Source: Devosia sp. | GTDB lineage: Bacteria; Pseudomonadota; Alphaproteobacteria; Rhizobiales; Devosiaceae | Assembly: GCA_025352765.1 (NCBI GenBank) | Contig: JANXSI010000469.1 | Span: forward strand, 1 to 41,830 | DNA: 41,830 nt | Direction of reading: 5' to 3' | Shown: positions 37,738-41,830 of the stretch, in pieces | Layout of the letters: every line of letters begins with the position of its first letter | Position numbering within the stretch: the stretch's first letter is position 1 | Notes under the pieces: model-generated | Databases searched by the model: none | What the model saw: the letters and a program-made list of their open reading frames with translations, nothing else | What the model was told of the DNA's origin: nothing | Program-made: the position numbers and the translations under genes

Positions 37738-40221
37738 ATGCCGATGCCGCGGGCGGTTTGTTGCGGAGCTGCGAGGGGCTTGGCGGTGGCCATTGCGCTT
37801 CTCGCCCTGCCACTGTCGCATGCTCTTGCGGCAGATGCCCTGCGGGGCGTGGCGCTGGTGATCGGCGAAGGCGACTATCAGCAGCTGCCGCGGCTGGCCA
37901 ACCCAAAGGACGACGCCCGGGCCATTGGTGACCTGCTATATCGGCTCGGCTTCGACGTCATGACTGTCAGCGAGGCCGGCCGCAAGAAGCTGTCGCGGAG
38001 CATCGATCGCTTCATCGAGGATGCCCAGAATGCCGACGTGGCGCTGGTCTATTACTCGGGCCACGGCGTCGAGGTGGGCGGCGAGGATTATCTCATCCCA
38101 GTCGACGCCGAGGTATCGAGCCCGAAGACCGCCGGAACCAGCCTGCTGCCCGTGACCGATCTGCTCGATCGCCTGCAAAAAGCCGTTCCGGTCACCATCC
38201 TGCTGCTCGACGCCTGCCGGACCAACCCCTTTACTGCTGGACAGCTGATCGAACTGCCGGGAGCGACTTCGGCATTGCCGGTGACCGCTGTGGGGCTGGG
38301 CGCGGTACGGGGACCGACGCCGATAGTTGGCGGCAAGCCAGGTCCCGGCGGCCTCGGCACGGTCATCGGCTTCGCCGCTGAGCCGGGGAAGTCGGCGCTC
38401 GATGGACCGGCGGGAGCGAACTCCCCTTATGCGGCAGCGCTACTTAGGCATATCGCGGCCGGTGGCTACTCCTTCGCGGACGTCATGACGCTAGTCACCG
38501 AGGAGGTCTATCTCAAGACCGATGGCAAGCAGTTGCCCTGGACCAACTCGGCACTGCGCCGGGTCTTGAGCTTCGGCACACCTGTGACTGAGGTCGCGGA
38601 CGCCGATGAGGCACTCATCTTTAAAGGGCGACGCGATCTGCTGCTGACCATTTCGAGCACGCCAGAGCCGGTGCGCACCACCGTCGTGTCGATCGCCGAA
38701 GCGGAAGGCGTGCCCCTGGCTACGCTGTTCGGTGTTCTGAAGGCCGTGGGCGTTGACACTTCAGACCCCACAGAACTCGGCAAGCGGCTGCAGTCGGGTG
38801 CCGAGGAGATCAAGAAGCGGCTCGAGGACCTCTCGGCCAGCAACCACGCTGACCCTGAGGTCAAGCGATTGCTGGAGCTGGTGAAACGTGCTCAGGACGA
38901 AGGCGCTCTGGACGAAGCGCTGCAGTTCAGCCTCAGGGCAAGTTCGCGAACGACTCAACTGTCGGCGACGCTCGATACGCTGGCCGCCGACATCGACCAG
39001 CGGCGCACCGAGAACGCGGCGACCTATGCGAAGGCCGGGGACGTTGCGTCCCTCGCCTGGGAGTTCCGGACCGCGACGGAGCAGTATGGGCTCGCCGCAG
39101 ATGAGATCGACAAGGGGCGCAACCCCGATCCGGCGGTAGTGTTCGATTATCGCTTGCGGCAGGGAAGCGCCTTGTATGACCTCGGTGACCACAAGGGCGA
39201 CAACGCGGCCCTCGGCGAGGCGATTGTCGTTTACTCCAAGCTACTGACCGAGACCGCGCGCAAGCTCGTGCCGCTAGAGTGGGCCATGACGCAGGCTCGC
39301 CTCGGCACAGCGCTCTGGACGCTGGGCGTGCGCGAGAGCGGCCCCGGCAGGCTGGAAGAGGCAGTTGCGGCCTACCGGCTAGCGCTGGAGGAGCAGACCC
39401 GCGAGCGCGTGCCGCTCGATTGGGCCACTACGCAAATGAACCTCGGTAATGCGCTTGTGATGCTGGGCCAGCGCGAGAGCGGCACCGGCAGGCTGGAGGA
39501 GGCCGTGGGAGCCTTTCGGCTGGCGCTGGAGGAGCAGACCCGCGAGCGCGTGCCGCTCGCCTGGGCCACAACGCAGATGAACCTCGGCAATGCGCTTGTT
39601 ATGCTGGGCCAGCGCGAGGGCGGTACCGACAAGCTCGAGGAGGGGGTGGCGGCCTTTCGGCTAGCGCTGGAGGAATGGACCCGGGAGCGCGTGCCGCTCG
39701 ACTGGGCCACAACGCAGATGAACCTCGGCAATGCGCTTAAGACGCTGGGCGAGCGCGAGGGCGGTACCGACAAGCTGGAGGAGGCCTTGGCTGCCTACCG
39801 GCTGGCGTTGGAGGAGCAGACCCGCGAGCGGGTGCCGCTCGATTGGGCCGGAACGCAGAGCAACCTCGGCCTTGCTCTCCAGACCCTAGGCGAGCGTGAG
39901 AGCGGCAGCGGCAGGCTGGAGGAGGCCGTGGCGGCCTACCGGCTAGCGCTGGAGGAGCGGACCCGCGAGCGGATGCCGCTCGATTGGGCCGGGACGCAGA
40001 GCAACCTCGGCCTTGCTCTCCAGACCCTAGGCGAGCGCGAAAGCGGCACGGACAGGCTGGAGCAGGCGATTGTGGCCTACCGGCTGGCGCTCGAGGTGCA
40101 GACCCGCGAGCGCGTGCCGCTCGACTGGGCCATGACGCAGACCCACCTCGGCAATGCGCTTAAGTCGCTGGGCGAGCGCGAGCGTTCCGAAAAGAGCATC
40201 CAAGCAGGAAGGGCCGCGTAA
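37738..40221 (+). CDS. Exported caspase-like (peptidase C14) protein with C-terminal TPR array
   Basis: Signal peptide, ALVIG...L.NP..DA, catalytic YYSGHG and LLDACR, FAAEPG..ALDG...NSPY...L, and 47-aa TPR-like repeats. The frame continues past the TAA to 40323. Confidence 0.93.
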   Translation: MPMPRAVCCGAARGLAVAIALLALPLSHALAADALRGVALVIGEGDYQQLPRLANPKDDARAIGDLLYRLGFDVMTVSEAGRKKLSRSIDRFIEDAQNADVALVYYSGHGVEVGGEDYLIPVDAEVSSPKTAGTSLLPVTDLLDRLQKAVPVTILLLDACRTNPFTAGQLIELPGATSALPVTAVGLGAVRGPTPIVGGKPGPGGLGTVIGFAAEPGKSALDGPAGANSPYAAALLRHIAAGGYSFADVMTLVTEEVYLKTDGKQLPWTNSALRRVLSFGTPVTEVADADEALIFKGRRDLLLTISSTPEPVRTTVVSIAEAEGVPLATLFGVLKAVGVDTSDPTELGKRLQSGAEEIKKRLEDLSASNHADPEVKRLLELVKRAQDEGALDEALQFSLRASSRTTQLSATLDTLAADIDQRRTENAATYAKAGDVASLAWEFRTATEQYGLAADEIDKGRNPDPAVVFDYRLRQGSALYDLGDHKGDNAALGEAIVVYSKLLTETARKLVPLEWAMTQARLGTALWTLGVRESGPGRLEEAVAAYRLALEEQTRERVPLDWATTQMNLGNALVMLGQRESGTGRLEEAVGAFRLALEEQTRERVPLAWATTQMNLGNALVMLGQREGGTDKLEEGVAAFRLALEEWTRERVPLDWATTQMNLGNALKTLGEREGGTDKLEEALAAYRLALEEQTRERVPLDWAGTQSNLGLALQTLGERESGSGRLEEAVAAYRLALEERTRERMPLDWAGTQSNLGLALQTLGERESGTDRLEQAIVAYRLALEVQTRERVPLDWAMTQTHLGNALKSLGERERSEKSIQAGRAA
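39268..40180 (+). repeat. Tandem 141-bp (47-aa) TPR-like repeats, six full and one partial
   Basis: Units start at 39268, 39409, 39550, 39691, 39832, 39973 and 40114 (VPLDWA.TQ.NLG.AL..LG.RE.G...LEEAVAA.RLALEE.TRER). Confidence 0.95.
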
Positions 40222-40804
40222 ATGGCCGCGTGGGACGAATACAAGTCAGCGGGCTACGATTATGACGCCTACTTCACCGACCTCATCGCGCAGTTCGACA
40301 AGGCACTTGCCAACCTGAAGTAGGGGCGATGCTCAACCCCTGGTGGCAAGACGGCATGGCCGCTCTAGTCTCGTGACGGCCCCAAGGCGACCAAAGGCCT
40401 TGAGGGTCCCCGGCCTGCCCCCCCGACGCGCATCATGGCGAAAGGATCCCGCGCGCCACGGGTCTACAGACCAACCTAAAGTAGACCACAAGTAGATGGA
40501 TCTCGTGTCATGGTAGCCAGAGTGGGGGGCCGACCCATCCTTGGGCTTGTTTTCTTCGCCAGCCGTCTAGTGTGTTTCGGCGTGCACTTTTCTTCAACGC
40601 CGTTTGACACAGGAGATAGACCACCCGCGATGGCGTTGGCGCCAACGGGCCATTCATGGCGCCACAGGATCCGTCAGGCAGAAATCAACTTGCCATAGGG
40701 CCTCGTCCCAAGGCCACCTGCTCGCGCTCATGTGGCGACTAGAAGGAGCAGTTTGCGGGCTCTATGTGGCGACCGCTGCCAGCCGACTGAGAGCTCACGG
40801 TGGG

Positions 40805-41551
40805 TCAGGCCCGCTTGAGGATGTCTGCGAGCCGCTTCGGCTCGGCGGGGCGGTCCGACAGGTCGAGGCCGGACAACAGGTCGACCAGATGGCTGGTCAT
40901 GAGTTCGGTCGCGTCCTTTGGGCTGTTCTTTTCCATGGCGTCGACCAACGCGAGGTGCGCATGGCTCTCGCAGATCGCGTCCCGCCTCCGCCAGTAGAGC
41001 GCAATGATCAGCGAGGACCGCGAGCACAGTCCGCGCACGAAATCGGTCAGGATCGACTGCGCTGCAATCTCGGCGATGGCGACGTGAAAGCGGCCTGACA
41101 GCACTACCGCGTCGCCGTCGCGGCCGGCGTGCAACGCCTCATGCTCCTCATCGAGATGATGACGGAGGAGGGCGATATCGGCGGGCTTGGCCATTTCGGC
41201 GGCCAGCCCCGCGACCTTGGGTTCGATCAGGGCACGGGCCTCAAAGACCTCGCGGGCCTCGAGCTTGGTGGGTTTGGCGACGAAGGCGCCGCGATTGGGC
41301 TCAAGCGTCACCAGCCGGTCGTGGGCGAGGGCCTGCAACGCCGATCGGACAATGGTGCGACTCACCGAATACACGTCACCCAGTTCGTCTTCCGGCAGTT
41401 TGGTGCCGGGCACCAGTGCGTGCGTCAGAATGGCGTCGCGCAGCCCGAGATAGACCGCCGACCACCGCACTGCGGGACGGGCGGCCACATCCTCGGCCCC
41501 AGCAAGCCCAGGCGTGAGAGGGTGAGCGCGAAGCGGGTGGTTCATATCCAT
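40805..41551 (-). CDS. GntR-family (FadR/FCD) transcriptional regulator
   Basis: wHTH L.PGTKLPEDELG..Y.VSRTIVRSAL..L....LV...PNRGAFV and FCD motifs FH..IA..A / EH-type H..LVDA. Start may be 41545. Confidence 0.93.
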   Translation of the reverse strand: MDMNHPLRAHPLTPGLAGAEDVAARPAVRWSAVYLGLRDAILTHALVPGTKLPEDELGDVYSVSRTIVRSALQALAHDRLVTLEPNRGAFVAKPTKLEAREVFEARALIEPKVAGLAAEMAKPADIALLRHHLDEEHEALHAGRDGDAVVLSGRFHVAIAEIAAQSILTDFVRGLCSRSSLIIALYWRRRDAICESHAHLALVDAMEKNSPKDATELMTSHLVDLLSGLDLSDRPAEPKRLADILKRA

Positions 41552-41593
41552 TCAGCACAAGTTAGCCGACGGCGATCCGAATTTCCAAGCAAA

Positions 41594-41768
41594 TTTTGTA
41601 TACATAACAGCGTCATTTTGTCCGGTGCGATACGGGAAGTGCGCTCGCAAAAGCAGGGTGAGGCTATCCCAGGTCGGTCAGGAACCGAAAGATCGCACGT
41701 TCCAAGGCGATTGTGCACTTTCATAAAAATCTTTGTGCACAAGATGCGCCATAGATTGTTGACACGAT
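41594..41768. promoter_or_regulatory. Candidate GntR operator palindromes in the upstream region
   Basis: TGTATACA (41597-41604), TTGTGCAC (41711-41718), TTGTGCACAA (41733-41742) and TTGTTGACA (about 41756), matching the TTGT-N2-ACAA style of FadR/FCD operators. Confidence 0.6.
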
Positions 41769-41830
41769 CGATTGTTCTGCGCTTAGCTCCCGGTCGCGAG
41801 TTACGGAAGCCGGATTTAATCGCTCCGCGG

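Noticed and set aside
39268-40180. Regular direct repeats considered as a CRISPR array or DGR template/variable repeats
   Set aside because: They are in-frame 141-bp coding repeats without unique spacers, variation is not adenine-specific, and there is no cas or reverse transcriptase gene in the window.
40510-41098. Plus-strand ORFs between the caspase gene and gntR
   Set aside because: They have no motifs, partly overlap gntR antisense and show atypical composition.

Overview
High-GC alphaproteobacterial-looking DNA (Hyphomicrobiales/Devosia-like, by inference from protein families and regulatory motifs) in four parts. (1) 1-27629 is the 3' >9,200 codons of one giant RTX-type surface/secreted protein whose frame is already open at base 3, so its start lies upstream. 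It is a beta-helical shaft with looped-out and partly nested small domains, a helical Tyr/His-repeat insert, Calx-beta-like domains, RTX nonapeptides and an acidic tail. (2) About 27800-34160 is a decayed accessory region: an orphan host-gene 3' fragment, cos-phage/satellite relics (HNH fragments, cos-like site, frameshifted terminase small subunit), many small genes, candidate LexA and sigma-EcfG sites, and a cold-shock gene. (3) tRNA-Gln(CTG) at 34163-34236 has att-arm-like DNA on both sides and a shattered tyrosine integrase upstream, followed by a divergent pair of an exported FG-GAP repeat protein and an exported caspase-TPR protein. (4) A GntR/FCD regulator with palindromic operator candidates ends the window. 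All calls are by eye and no database search was run.
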